This document shows, piece after piece, positions 9,689-18,852 of a DNA stretch of 32,000 bases. Every line of letters starts with the position of its first letter. The first letter of the stretch is position 1. The stretch spans positions 3,538,115-3,570,114 of the forward strand of contig NC_017039.1 in the NCBI RefSeq assembly GCF_000284455.1, given 5' to 3'. The notes under the pieces are model-generated. The model searched no databases, was not told the origin of the DNA, and was given only the letters and a program-made list of their open reading frames with translations. Both the position numbers and the translations under genes were made by a program. Source of the DNA: Synechocystis sp. PCC 6803 substr. PCC-P. GTDB taxonomy: Bacteria; Cyanobacteriota; Cyanobacteriia; Cyanobacteriales; Microcystaceae.

Positions 9689-10912
9689 GTGATTGAATTT
9701 CGGGAAAGTCTCAAAATGGCCACTAGCATGTTGCTGGCTAATAAGCTTCGTAGCAGTTTGACTATGTTGGGCATTGTCATTGGCAATGCGTCCGTGGTGG
9801 CCATGTTGGGCATTGGCCAGGGAGCCCAGGAGTTGGCCACTTCCCAATTGGAAGATTTAGGCCCCAATGTGTTGTTTGTGTTGCCCGGTTCCCAACGCAA
9901 CCGTCGGGCTAGTTTCAATTTACCGAAAACTTTGGTTTTGAGTGACGCCGAGGCGATCGCCGGTCAAGTGCCTAGTGTGGCCGGGGTAGCCCCCGAAATT
10001 AACCGGAGGTTACTGGTGTCCCATCGGAACCTCAACACCAATGCCACCATTGTGGGCACTACCCCCGAATATCCCGCCATCCGTAATTTTTCCGTGGCCC
10101 AGGGACGCTTTCTCAACATTTTGGACCTGGAGCGCCATCGCCGGGTGGCCGTGCTGGGCAGTGAAATTGCCGATCGCCTTTATCAAACCCAAACTCCCCT
10201 TGGTCAGAATATCCGCATCAACAATATTACGTTTGAAGTCATCGGTGTGATGGAAACTAAGGGGTCTTCCCTGGGCAGTAATCAAGATGAATTTATTTTC
10301 ATTCCCCTAGACACCATGGTGGCCCAACTGGTGGGGCGGACTTCCCCCTACGGCATTGAATTGAGCTGGATCAATGTGAAGGCTAAGGATGGTGACTCAG
10401 TGGGGGCGGCCACTTTCCAAATGGAAAACCTCCTGCGCCTACGGCACAATATCAAAAACGGGGAGGATGATTTTGGCGTTAGTTCTGCCAAACAAATGCT
10501 AGATATTGTCAACACTATCACCGGGGGGCTCACCATCCTCCTGGCGGCGATCGCCGGTATTTCCCTGATTGTGGGAGGTATTGGCGTAATGAACATTATG
10601 TTGGTGTCCGTAACGGAGCGCACCCAGGAAATTGGCCTGCGTAAAGCCCTCGGAGCCGGGGAACAGGACATTCTCAGTCAGTTTCTTATTGAAGCAGTAA
10701 TCGTTTCCGCCAGTGGTGGAGTAATTGGCGTCGTCTTGGGCATGGCCATCGTGGCAATCGTGGGTAGTCTTTCCCCCCTGATTACAGTGATTTCCCCTGC
10801 CGCCGTGGTGGTTTCCCTCACCATTTCTGGCAGTATTGGTCTATTCTTTGGTGTTGTTCCCGCCCGTCAAGCGGCTAAATTAGACCCCATTGTCGCCCTG
10901 CGTAATGCTTAG
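9689..10912 (+). CDS. MacB/FtsX-type ABC transporter permease (DevC/MacB-like)
   Basis: 407 aa; ANKLRSSLTMLGIVIGNASVVAMLGIGQGAQ, MacB periplasmic core, then IGVMNIMLVSVTERTQEIGLRKALGAGEQDILSQFLIEAV. Confidence 0.9.
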   Translation: MIEFRESLKMATSMLLANKLRSSLTMLGIVIGNASVVAMLGIGQGAQELATSQLEDLGPNVLFVLPGSQRNRRASFNLPKTLVLSDAEAIAGQVPSVAGVAPEINRRLLVSHRNLNTNATIVGTTPEYPAIRNFSVAQGRFLNILDLERHRRVAVLGSEIADRLYQTQTPLGQNIRINNITFEVIGVMETKGSSLGSNQDEFIFIPLDTMVAQLVGRTSPYGIELSWINVKAKDGDSVGAATFQMENLLRLRHNIKNGEDDFGVSSAKQMLDIVNTITGGLTILLAAIAGISLIVGGIGVMNIMLVSVTERTQEIGLRKALGAGEQDILSQFLIEAVIVSASGGVIGVVLGMAIVAIVGSLSPLITVISPAAVVVSLTISGSIGLFFGVVPARQAAKLDPIVALRNA

Positions 10913-10986
10913 GAGAACCGATTAGTCGTCTCTGGCTATTGAACTGGTGGGAAAATAATGCTTTGTATTCCTGCGAAAATCCTATC

Positions 10987-11484
10987 CTAGGCCAAGGAAA
11001 TACTGCGGGTGCAAGCCCAATTACTAGGCAGAGTGGAGGGCCAACCCATGCGGATTGCTTCAGGACAAATGGTGGTGACGGTTAGCTGACAATCGATCAA
11101 CTGAAAACCCTCTTTTTCACACTGCTTCAAGCTCTGCTTGAGAATGGAATCATTCTTAAATTCGATGGTGCGATTACATTGCACACAGACTACATGGTGA
11201 TGGTGATGGGGGGAAGCCTGTTGCAATTCATAGTGCTTGTGCCCCTCCGCCAATTCCAACTCCCGCAGAATGCCCATGCGGGACATCAACTTAACACTGC
11301 GATAAACTGTGGAGAGGCTAATCTTTTCCCTTTCTTCTTCCAGACGATGGTGTAACTCCTCGGCACTGAGATGTTCCCCCTCCGGCAAATTTTGAAAAAT
11401 GGTGAGGATTTTTTCCCGCTGGGGAGTCAGTCGCCAACCACGGGCATTAAGTTCGGCTTTGAGGGAATCGGCGGTGTAGGACAT
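10987..11484 (-). CDS. fur: Ferric uptake regulator family protein (Fur)
   Basis: 165 aa; LNARGWRLTPQREKIL, HLSAEELHHRL, ISLSTVYRSVKLMSRMGILREL, HYELQQASPHHHHHVVCVQCNRTIEF. Confidence 0.9.
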   Translation of the reverse strand: MSYTADSLKAELNARGWRLTPQREKILTIFQNLPEGEHLSAEELHHRLEEEREKISLSTVYRSVKLMSRMGILRELELAEGHKHYELQQASPHHHHHVVCVQCNRTIEFKNDSILKQSLKQCEKEGFQLIDCQLTVTTICPEAIRMGWPSTLPSNWACTRSISLA

Positions 11485-11626
11485 GTTCTATGGGGGCGCT
11501 TAGAAGCAGTCTGGGCGATGGGATCCATCATAGTCCCTTGGCTCAGCAGTTGCAATAGTGGAGTCTTATTGAGAATAGATCCTAGAAAAAGTTTTATTTA
11601 TCTTCCCCCGTCTGAAAATCTGAACC

Positions 11627-12448
11627 ATGCGACCTTCCGCCCTTATTCCCCCCCAGCGTTATTTTGCCTACCTAACGTGGACCGATATTGAAGCTCTGCC
11701 GGATAAGGACAAAACCATTATTATTCAGCCCCTGGGTTCCATTGAACAGCATGGTCCCCATTTACCATTGGTGGTGGATGCAGCCATTTCTGAGGGGGTT
11801 TTGGGCAAGGCATTGCAAACTTTGGCACCGGAAATTCCGGCCTACGTGCTCCCAACTTTGTACTATGGCAAGTCCAATGAACATATGGGTTTCCCTGGGG
11901 TAATCACCCTCAGCGCAGAAACTTTGTTGGTTATTCTCAAGGAAGTGGCGGCGAGCTTGTATCAATCGGGCTTCCGTAAATGGATTTTGCTCAACTCCCA
12001 CGGTGGCCAGATTCAGGTGTTGGAAATTGCGGCCAGGGATCTGCACCAGATTTATCCAGATTTACAAATTTTCCCCTTTTTTACTTGGCGGATGCCCCAT
12101 TGTGCGGCGGATTTACTCACTCCCAAAGAGATGACCCACGGTATCCATGCGGGGGATGGGGAAACCAGCTTAATGATGGCCCTCTGGCCTGAACTGGTGC
12201 GGGAAGATCGTTTAGTAAAGGAATTTCCCCAGGGCATTCCCGCCGATGATGAACTTTTGAGTATGGAAGGAAGTTTGCCCTTTGCTTGGTTAACCAAAGA
12301 AGTGAGTCGCAGTGGGGTGATGGGGGATGCCACCGTAGCCACCAAAGAGAAGGGAGAAGTTTTACTAGATTGTTTGGCAGATGGTTGTCGTCAGGCGATC
12401 GAGGCAGTGTACCATTTCCAACCGCCTAGTCTGGACAGGAAAGGGTAA
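11627..12448 (+). CDS. Creatininase / creatinine amidohydrolase family protein
   Basis: 273 aa; IIIQPLGSIEQHGPHLPLVVDA, NEHMGFPGVITLSAET, WILLNSHGGQ, THGIHAGDGETSLMM. Confidence 0.88.
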   Translation: MRPSALIPPQRYFAYLTWTDIEALPDKDKTIIIQPLGSIEQHGPHLPLVVDAAISEGVLGKALQTLAPEIPAYVLPTLYYGKSNEHMGFPGVITLSAETLLVILKEVAASLYQSGFRKWILLNSHGGQIQVLEIAARDLHQIYPDLQIFPFFTWRMPHCAADLLTPKEMTHGIHAGDGETSLMMALWPELVREDRLVKEFPQGIPADDELLSMEGSLPFAWLTKEVSRSGVMGDATVATKEKGEVLLDCLADGCRQAIEAVYHFQPPSLDRKG

Positions 12449-12506
12449 GGGAGACCAACTCCTGGGGGATAATGGGGGATGGAAAAATTACCAAGAGGAG
12501 AAGGCA

Positions 12507-14042
12507 ATGGCCCGTTTAGCCCTGCTGAGTGTGTCCGACAAAAGTGGCATTGTGGAACTGGCCCAACGGCTAGTGAATGAATTTCAGTTTGACCTGATCA
12601 GTAGTGGTGGTACTGCCAAAACCCTCAAAGAAGCTGGGGTTCCTGTCACCAAGGTGAGTGATTACACCGGGGCACCAGAAATTTTGGGTGGACGGGTCAA
12701 AACGTTGCATCCCCGCATCCATGGGGGTATTTTAGCCCGGCGGGATTTGCCCAGTGACCAGGCGGATTTAGAAGCTAACGATATTCGTCCGTTAGATCTG
12801 GTCGTGGTTAACCTTTATCCCTTTGAGCAAACCATTGCTAAACCGGGGGTCACCGTTGCTGAAGCAGTGGAACAGATTGATATTGGTGGCCCGGCCATGA
12901 TTCGAGCCACCGCCAAAAACTTTGCCCATACCACTGTCCTCACCAATCCCAACCAGTACGAAGCCTATCTCCAAGCTCTGCAGGAACAGGGGGAAATACC
13001 CTTGGCTTTGCGCCAACAATTCGCTGGGGAAGCCTTTGCCCTCACCAATGCCTATGACCAGGCGATCGCCAATTATTTCAGTGGTTTAAGTGGGGACAGT
13101 GCAAACCAATTTGGCCTTAGCGGTACATTGCGGCAACCGTTGCGGTATGGGGAAAATCCCCACCAAAGTGCAGGTTGGTATCAAACTGGGCGGGAAGCCA
13201 CCGGCTGGGCCAAGGCCGAGAAACTCCAGGGCAAGGAACTGAGCTATAACAATTTGGTGGATTTGGAAGCAGCCCGGCGCATTATCAACGAATTCGATGT
13301 CAGGGAACCGGCGGCGGTGATTTTAAAGCACACTAATCCCTGCGGTGTCGCCCTGGCCCCCACATTGGTAGAAGCCTATCAAAAAGCCTTTAATGCTGAT
13401 GCCACTTCCGCTTTTGGGGGCATTGTCGCCTTGAATCAACCCCTGGATGGACCCACGGCGGCGGCCATGGTCAAAACTTTTTTGGAATGTATTGTGGCCC
13501 CGGGCTGTGATGCTGAAGCCCAGGAAATTCTAGCTAAGAAAAACAATTTGCGGGTATTGATTCTCCCCGATCTGGCCACCGGCCCCAGCCAAACCATTAA
13601 GGCGATCGCCGGAGGATTTTTAGTACAGTCAGCGGATGATGAACGGGAAGACCCCAGCACTTGGCAGGTGGTGACGGAAAAACAACCCAGTGGGGAGGAG
13701 TTGGCGGAACTAGCTTTTGCCTGGAAAGTGTGCAAACACGTTAAATCCAACGCCATCACCATCACCAAAAATAAAACCACCTTGGGGGTGGGAGCAGGAC
13801 AAATGAATCGAGTCGGCTCGGTGGAAATTGCCCTTAAACAAGCGGGCACAGAAGCCCAGGGAGCTTGCTTGGCCAGTGATGCGTTCTTTCCCTTTGACGA
13901 TTCTGTCCGCACCGCCGCCGCCGCCGGCATTACCACCATCATCCAACCGGGGGGGTCCATGCGGGACCAGGATTCCATCCAAGCGGCCAACGAATTGGGC
14001 TTAGTGATGATTTTCACTGGGGTGCGCCATTTCCTCCACTAG
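12507..14042 (+). CDS. purH: Bifunctional AICAR formyltransferase / IMP cyclohydrolase
   Basis: Start set at MARLALLSVSDKSGIVELAQRL after AAGAGGAG. VKTLHPRIHGGILARRD, VNLYPFE, RYGENPHQSAGWY, LKHTNPCGVA, FFPFDDSV, IIQPGGSMRDQDSI. The track ORF opens at 12381. Confidence 0.97.
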   Translation: MARLALLSVSDKSGIVELAQRLVNEFQFDLISSGGTAKTLKEAGVPVTKVSDYTGAPEILGGRVKTLHPRIHGGILARRDLPSDQADLEANDIRPLDLVVVNLYPFEQTIAKPGVTVAEAVEQIDIGGPAMIRATAKNFAHTTVLTNPNQYEAYLQALQEQGEIPLALRQQFAGEAFALTNAYDQAIANYFSGLSGDSANQFGLSGTLRQPLRYGENPHQSAGWYQTGREATGWAKAEKLQGKELSYNNLVDLEAARRIINEFDVREPAAVILKHTNPCGVALAPTLVEAYQKAFNADATSAFGGIVALNQPLDGPTAAAMVKTFLECIVAPGCDAEAQEILAKKNNLRVLILPDLATGPSQTIKAIAGGFLVQSADDEREDPSTWQVVTEKQPSGEELAELAFAWKVCKHVKSNAITITKNKTTLGVGAGQMNRVGSVEIALKQAGTEAQGACLASDAFFPFDDSVRTAAAAGITTIIQPGGSMRDQDSIQAANELGLVMIFTGVRHFLH

Positions 14043-14047
14043 AGGGC

Positions 14048-14084
14048 AGGGGAAAAGTCCCCTAGCTTCTCAACTTTGAAGTTG
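14048..14084 (+). terminator. Tandem hairpins after purH (possible terminator or processing structure)
   Basis: AGGGGA-AAAG-TCCCCT (14048-14063) and CAACTT-TG-AAGTTG (14071-14084) lie just past the purH stop. No following poly-U run, so function is inferred. Confidence 0.35.
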
Positions 14085-14203
14085 GGGGAAACTGACAAAC
14101 TTTAAAATTCCCTAGTTTTAGCCGCTCGCTGGAGACCCGAATTAATTTTTAGCAAAACTTTTCCAGGGTTGGCCAATGCTAACCTCAATTGTTGGCAGAC
14201 TGT

Positions 14204-14605
14204 TTACCCAACCCAGCTTTTTAGGGCCCAACCCAGCACCAAACCCAGACCGCCAAAGCGGATAATTTGCCAAAACACGTCCCCCATTAACCCCCGCCGT
14301 AGGCCATCCCAAAACATTTTTTGCAACTGGCGATCGGTCAATAGTTCACTTTCTAGTTCAAGGGACAACGCTTCCAATTCCGAGCGGATGCGGGCCAGTT
14401 CCTGCTCCAATTCGGTCTGGGCTTCTCCCTGGAGCCTGGCTTCCACATCAGTACGATATTCTTGGATTTGTTGTTGCTTAGCCCTTTGGGACTGAACTTC
14501 GTCGTAACGAGTCTGCAATTTTTGCAAAGACTGGGTCAGGGCAGCCAGAGCCAAGCCGAAATTGCTATCACTATCTCCGTTCGGTGCGACAAAAGTTTCT
14601 TCCAT
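14204..14605 (-). CDS. Small hypothetical protein with a coiled-coil region and C-terminal hydrophobic segment
   Basis: 133 aa; Q/E-rich helical core, then DVFWQIIRFGGLGLVLGWALKSWVG. Confidence 0.65.
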   Translation of the reverse strand: MEETFVAPNGDSDSNFGLALAALTQSLQKLQTRYDEVQSQRAKQQQIQEYRTDVEARLQGEAQTELEQELARIRSELEALSLELESELLTDRQLQKMFWDGLRRGLMGDVFWQIIRFGGLGLVLGWALKSWVG

Positions 14606-14640
14606 AGCAAATTAGGACGGGTCAGAGTTGGGAATAGTCC

Positions 14641-15633
14641 CTAGGGTTGTACGGAAGCGATGACAGTGCGGTGTCGAGGGCTATTAGGTTGGATGGTCAC
14701 CCGATCAAAACCAGCGGATAGTAATTCCTGCTCCACATCCAAAGCAAAATATTGGTCCATGAACGGTTCCGTACTTTTGAGCAGGGTCATAATATGGGGT
14801 GGCATAGTCAGATAAGCCTGGGAACGGGGATTCATATCCATAAAAGTGAAATGACCGCCCGTTTTCACTAAACGCCGAGCCTCCCGGAAAATTCGCCTGG
14901 TGGGTTCCTGGGGCATTTCGTGGAACAGCAAAAAAGCGGAAACTAGGTCAAAAGTCTGGGCTTTTAATCCAGTGGCCTCTGGTAGGGCATGAACCCAATT
15001 GATATCGGTTTCCCTTTCTCTGCCATGGTGATGGGCAAGGGCGACGTAATAGGGGGAGAAATCTAGCCCAGTTAATTTTGCTTCTGGGTAGCAGGCTTGC
15101 AAGGTAAAGCTACTCAAGCCCACGGTGCAATGTAAGTCCAGGATGGTTTGGGGCGCTTGGGGCAATTGAGCTAACAAAACATCGTGGTAACTACGTCGTA
15201 ACTCGGCATCCCCTTGGGCCCCTGCTTCTGGGTAAAGGCTCGAATGGACAGCGTTGGCCGCCACTTCAAATTCAAAGGCTGCGTCCCAACACATGTGCCC
15301 CTGGTCATAGCCGTGGAAGGAGGCGTTGTAATAATCGGGATAGGTTAACTCTTCATCCACCACCGATCGCCAATGGCTTTGCCAGTCCTGCTGTTGATAA
15401 TTTTTTACTGTTTCCCGCCAGGGGATCCCCAATCTTTCTGCCCGTTTGATCATCATGGAGCGGGCTTGCCATTTGGCCACGTTCCACAGGGGCTTGACGG
15501 CCAATAAACCATTGACGACCTGGCTCATGGCGGTGGGGGCAGGGGTGGCGGTGCTGACAGTCATGGAATGCTTTAATGGGACTAGGGAAAATTGTCGCTG
15601 AAAAATCCAAACCTGTCTAGGCATGGGTATCAA
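14641..15633 (-). CDS. Class I SAM-dependent methyltransferase
   Basis: 330 aa ORF; TILDLHCTVGLSSFTLQACYPEAKLTGLDFSPYYVALA (motif I), FDLVSAFLLFHEMPQE, EARRLVKTGGHFTFMDMNP. The true start may be a downstream Met. Confidence 0.8.
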   Translation of the reverse strand: MIPMPRQVWIFQRQFSLVPLKHSMTVSTATPAPTAMSQVVNGLLAVKPLWNVAKWQARSMMIKRAERLGIPWRETVKNYQQQDWQSHWRSVVDEELTYPDYYNASFHGYDQGHMCWDAAFEFEVAANAVHSSLYPEAGAQGDAELRRSYHDVLLAQLPQAPQTILDLHCTVGLSSFTLQACYPEAKLTGLDFSPYYVALAHHHGRERETDINWVHALPEATGLKAQTFDLVSAFLLFHEMPQEPTRRIFREARRLVKTGGHFTFMDMNPRSQAYLTMPPHIMTLLKSTEPFMDQYFALDVEQELLSAGFDRVTIQPNSPRHRTVIASVQP

Positions 15634-15668
15634 GCGGCGATCGCCTGGGGCAATTTCGGTGTTGAACC

Positions 15669-15977
15669 ATGACCGGTAAACAGTTACACCAGTTGATTGT
15701 GGATAAATGGGGTTATTCTTTCGATGTGCAATTGCGACGCATCAAAGACCGCATTTTTCTACAGATTATGTGGCGGTACCTAGAACAGGCTTCCTTTCCC
15801 CTCTCGGAAGAGGATTATTTCGCTAATCTAGAGGCGATCGCCCAGTATCTCCAGGCCTGGGGAGGGGGGGAGCAGGTGCAACAGTTCATTGCCCAAACCA
15901 AAGAAAAACCCCGCCTAGGCAAAGCAGTTAGTATTCCCCTGGAACTTGGGGCCAGGGCCGCAGAATGGTTTATTTGA
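15669..15977 (+). CDS. Conserved cyanobacterial small protein (DUF3067-like)
   Basis: 102 aa; TGKQLHQLIVDKWGYSFDVQLRRIKDRIFLQIMWRYLEQ...FPLSEEDYFANLEAIAQYL. Confidence 0.7.
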   Translation: MTGKQLHQLIVDKWGYSFDVQLRRIKDRIFLQIMWRYLEQASFPLSEEDYFANLEAIAQYLQAWGGGEQVQQFIAQTKEKPRLGKAVSIPLELGARAAEWFI

Positions 15978-16010
15978 AAGCTGGACAAGCTAGGAGCATA
16001 GGGCATTGCT

Positions 16011-17618
16011 ATGGTTACCCCACTCAAACTACTCAACAATCGCTACAGAATTATTGAAACCCTGGGCAGGGGAGGATTTGGGGAAACTTTTTTGGCCCAG
16101 GACACCCACATGCCCTCCGCCCGGAAATGTGTGATCAAGCACCTCAAACCAGTGCTGGAAAATCCAGAAATTCCCTCATGGTTGCGGGAAAGATTCCATC
16201 GGGAGGCGGCCACCCTAGAGGAGTTGGGGGAGAACCATCCCCAGATTCCCCAACTGTATGCCTATTTCAGTGAAGGGGAAGATTTTTACCTGGTGCAGGA
16301 GTGGATTCCTGGGCTGACCCTCACCCAAGCCCACGCCCAAAAGGGTAATTTTTCCAGTACAGCGGTGGAGGAATTATTGCTGGGGATTTTGCCTGTGTTG
16401 GAGTTTATCCATCAACGGCGCATTATCCACCGGGACATTAAGCCCGACAATATTATCCTGCGGGAAGCTGATGGTAAGCCTATTCTGATTGATTTCGGCA
16501 TCATCAAAGAAACCATGGGCACGTTGGTTAATCCCGATGGCCGTAGTGCCTATTCTGTGGCGTTGGGTACCCCCGGTTACATGGCTTCGGAGCAAGCCGC
16601 TGGACGGCCAGTTTTTTCCAGCGATCTGTACAGTTTGGGACTAACGGCTATTTTTTTGCTCACCGGTAAAACCCCCCAATATCTAACCAGTGACAGCCGC
16701 ACCGGAGAAATCCTTTGGCGACAGGGGGCTCCCCAAGTCAGTCCTACCCTAGCTAAGGTCATAGACCAAGCAGTGCGCTACCATCCCCGGGAAAGATTTA
16801 ATTCCGCCACTGCCATGGCCCAGACCCTCCAGGGCAATTTCAGCAATGTGCCCATGACCAAAGGCGATCGCCCGGGAAACACCGTTGCTAATGGCAAGAC
16901 CAAATCTAATCACCAACCTACGGCCCCAACCCTAGTGGTGGGCACTCCCTACAACGCCAACGACACCCAAGCCACCAAGGTTTACACTCAAGAGTTTACC
17001 GGATACACCGAAACCCAGGAGGGTTCACCATTGATGAAATGGGTTGTTATGCCCCTTGTCGTACTGCTAGTGATTGGCGGCGGCATGGCGGCGGGATTTT
17101 GGGTTACCAGTCAACGGCGCAATAATCCTCCCCCAGCGGTGGAAGAACCCACAGAGGAAACGCCCATTCCCCTGCCCTCCCTGGAGCCTAGACCCAATTT
17201 ATTTGAAACTCCTAGCCCTATTCCCACTCCAGCAACCCCTAGCCCGGAACCCACCCCCAGCCCCAGTCCCAGCCCGGAAACCACCTCTAGTCCAACAGAG
17301 GATACGATCACTCCCATGGAGCCGGAACCCAGTTTGGACGAACCTGCCCCTATTCCTGAACCTAAACCCAGTCCATCCCCCACCATCAGTCCTCAACCAT
17401 CACCCACTATTTCCATTCCTGTTACCCCAGCCCCTGTACCAAAACCTAGTCCTTCTCCCACCCCCAAGCCCACTGTTCCTCCCCAGATTTCCCCTACTCC
17501 CCAGCCCAGCAATACGGTGCCTGTGATCCCACCACCGGAAAATCCCAGTGCCGAGACTGAGCCCAATCTGCCGGCTCCCCCAGTAGGGGAAAAGCCCATC
17601 GACCCCGAGCAAAATTAG
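16011..17618 (+). CDS. spkC: Serine/threonine protein kinase with a transmembrane segment and Pro/Ser-rich tail
   Basis: 535 aa; LGRGGFGETFLAQD, HRRIIHRDIKPDNIIL, PILIDFGIIKE, GTPGYMASEQA, TM helix VVMPLVVLLVIGGGMAAGF, then PSPSP-type tail. The spkC symbol is from recollection (slr0599). Confidence 0.88.
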   Translation: MVTPLKLLNNRYRIIETLGRGGFGETFLAQDTHMPSARKCVIKHLKPVLENPEIPSWLRERFHREAATLEELGENHPQIPQLYAYFSEGEDFYLVQEWIPGLTLTQAHAQKGNFSSTAVEELLLGILPVLEFIHQRRIIHRDIKPDNIILREADGKPILIDFGIIKETMGTLVNPDGRSAYSVALGTPGYMASEQAAGRPVFSSDLYSLGLTAIFLLTGKTPQYLTSDSRTGEILWRQGAPQVSPTLAKVIDQAVRYHPRERFNSATAMAQTLQGNFSNVPMTKGDRPGNTVANGKTKSNHQPTAPTLVVGTPYNANDTQATKVYTQEFTGYTETQEGSPLMKWVVMPLVVLLVIGGGMAAGFWVTSQRRNNPPPAVEEPTEETPIPLPSLEPRPNLFETPSPIPTPATPSPEPTPSPSPSPETTSSPTEDTITPMEPEPSLDEPAPIPEPKPSPSPTISPQPSPTISIPVTPAPVPKPSPSPTPKPTVPPQISPTPQPSNTVPVIPPPENPSAETEPNLPAPPVGEKPIDPEQN

Positions 17619-17728
17619 GGATTTATACTAAGAATAGAAACTTTGGATGAGCTAAAACCTAGCTCCGTATTTATTTGTCCATTTAGTTCTGTCATTAGTT
17701 AACCAATATTAAGCCGAGGAGAGGCCCC

Positions 17729-18709
17729 GTGAAATTATCCAGCAAAAATTTAGATGCCCGTCTCGACACGGTTTACGATGCCATCGTTTTAGGGGGAGGC
17801 ATGGGGGGTTTGTCCGCCGCCATCTATTTAGCCCGCTATGGACTGAAATGTCTGGTGGTGGAAAAAGGGCGGGGCCGATCCTTCTGGATGCAGGATTTAC
17901 GCAACTATGTGGGGCTAGATCCCGATACACCGGGGCGGGACATCATCACCCACAGCACCCAACAGGCTCTCCATTGGGGCGCAGATTTGTTGCGGGGTTA
18001 TGTGGAAGATGTAACCGATGAGGGAGATACCCTTGCCGTGAAGGTGAAAGTGGGTAAGAAAGATAGTCTTTATCCGATTTTTCGGACTAAATATGTCATC
18101 GCCGCCACGGGCATTATCGACAATCTACCCCAGTTGGAGGATATGCAAAATGTTTATGACTATGCCGGTTACACTCTGCACGTTTGCATGATTTGTGACG
18201 GGTTTGATATGTGGGATCAAAAGGCTGTGTTGATTGCGGGCACCGAAGGACAAATTAATGCTGCCTTTGTTTTGAATTGGTTTACGCCCTACATTACTGT
18301 TTTGACCCATGGGCTTTGCACTGTCGGTGATGAAATGAAAGCTAAGTTAGCAGACCACGGTTATCCTCTCCACGAAGCGGCGATCACCAAATTTTTGGGA
18401 GAAGACCACAAAATGAGTGGGGTGGAATTGGTAGATGGCACTGTGGTGGAAGCCACAACGGGTTTGATCAACATGGGTTCTGTGTACCATAACCATTACC
18501 TCAAGGGCATTGAAGGTTTGGAATGGGACGGGGAAAATTTGGTCACCAATGACATGGCCCAAACCAGCCATCCCCGGATCTTTGCCCTGGGAGATTTGAA
18601 AAAAGGTTTAAACCAGGTATCCGTAGCAGTGGCCGATGGCACCCTGGCCGCCACCCAAATTTGGCGCAACATTCGCCGGGCCAGTGAACCCCGCAAATGG
18701 ATTCATTAG
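17729..18709 (+). CDS. Thioredoxin-reductase-like flavoprotein disulfide oxidoreductase
   Basis: 326 aa, GTG start after GAGGAGAGG. AIVLGGGMGGLSAAIYLARYG FAD motif; CMICDGFDMW CxxC; second nucleotide motif degenerate (IAGTEGQINAA). Confidence 0.85.
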   Translation: MKLSSKNLDARLDTVYDAIVLGGGMGGLSAAIYLARYGLKCLVVEKGRGRSFWMQDLRNYVGLDPDTPGRDIITHSTQQALHWGADLLRGYVEDVTDEGDTLAVKVKVGKKDSLYPIFRTKYVIAATGIIDNLPQLEDMQNVYDYAGYTLHVCMICDGFDMWDQKAVLIAGTEGQINAAFVLNWFTPYITVLTHGLCTVGDEMKAKLADHGYPLHEAAITKFLGEDHKMSGVELVDGTVVEATTGLINMGSVYHNHYLKGIEGLEWDGENLVTNDMAQTSHPRIFALGDLKKGLNQVSVAVADGTLAATQIWRNIRRASEPRKWIH

Positions 18710-18748
18710 ATAAATTATTGGCACATAAAATTAGTGGACTTTCGCCCT

Positions 18749-18785
18749 AGCCCGCCGGGAAACCAAGTTTGACGGGCTGTCTTTT
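18749..18785 (+). terminator. Possible intrinsic terminator after the flavoprotein gene
   Basis: AGCCCG...CGGGCT stem (18749-18754 / 18773-18778), then GTCTTTT. Loop is 18 nt, so a weak example. Confidence 0.35.
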
Positions 18786-18852
18786 GACCCTTGAACGTTA
18801 TTCTGCCTAGGATAGGGGGCATTCTTTTAGCAGAAATTTACTAAATTTCCCC

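Noticed and set aside
12792-13982. Antisense/alternate-frame ORFs inside purH, including the 193-aa ORF at 13436..14017 (-)
   Set aside because: purH is unambiguous across the same DNA. The products are low-complexity A/S/P/T-rich shadows typical of the opposite strand of biased coding sequence.
17111-17612. Gly-rich ORFs opposite the spkC tail and the Pro-rich ORF at 17074..17526 in another frame
   Set aside because: Reverse complement or frame shift of the Pro/Ser-rich repeat automatically yields Gly-rich or Pro-rich translations.
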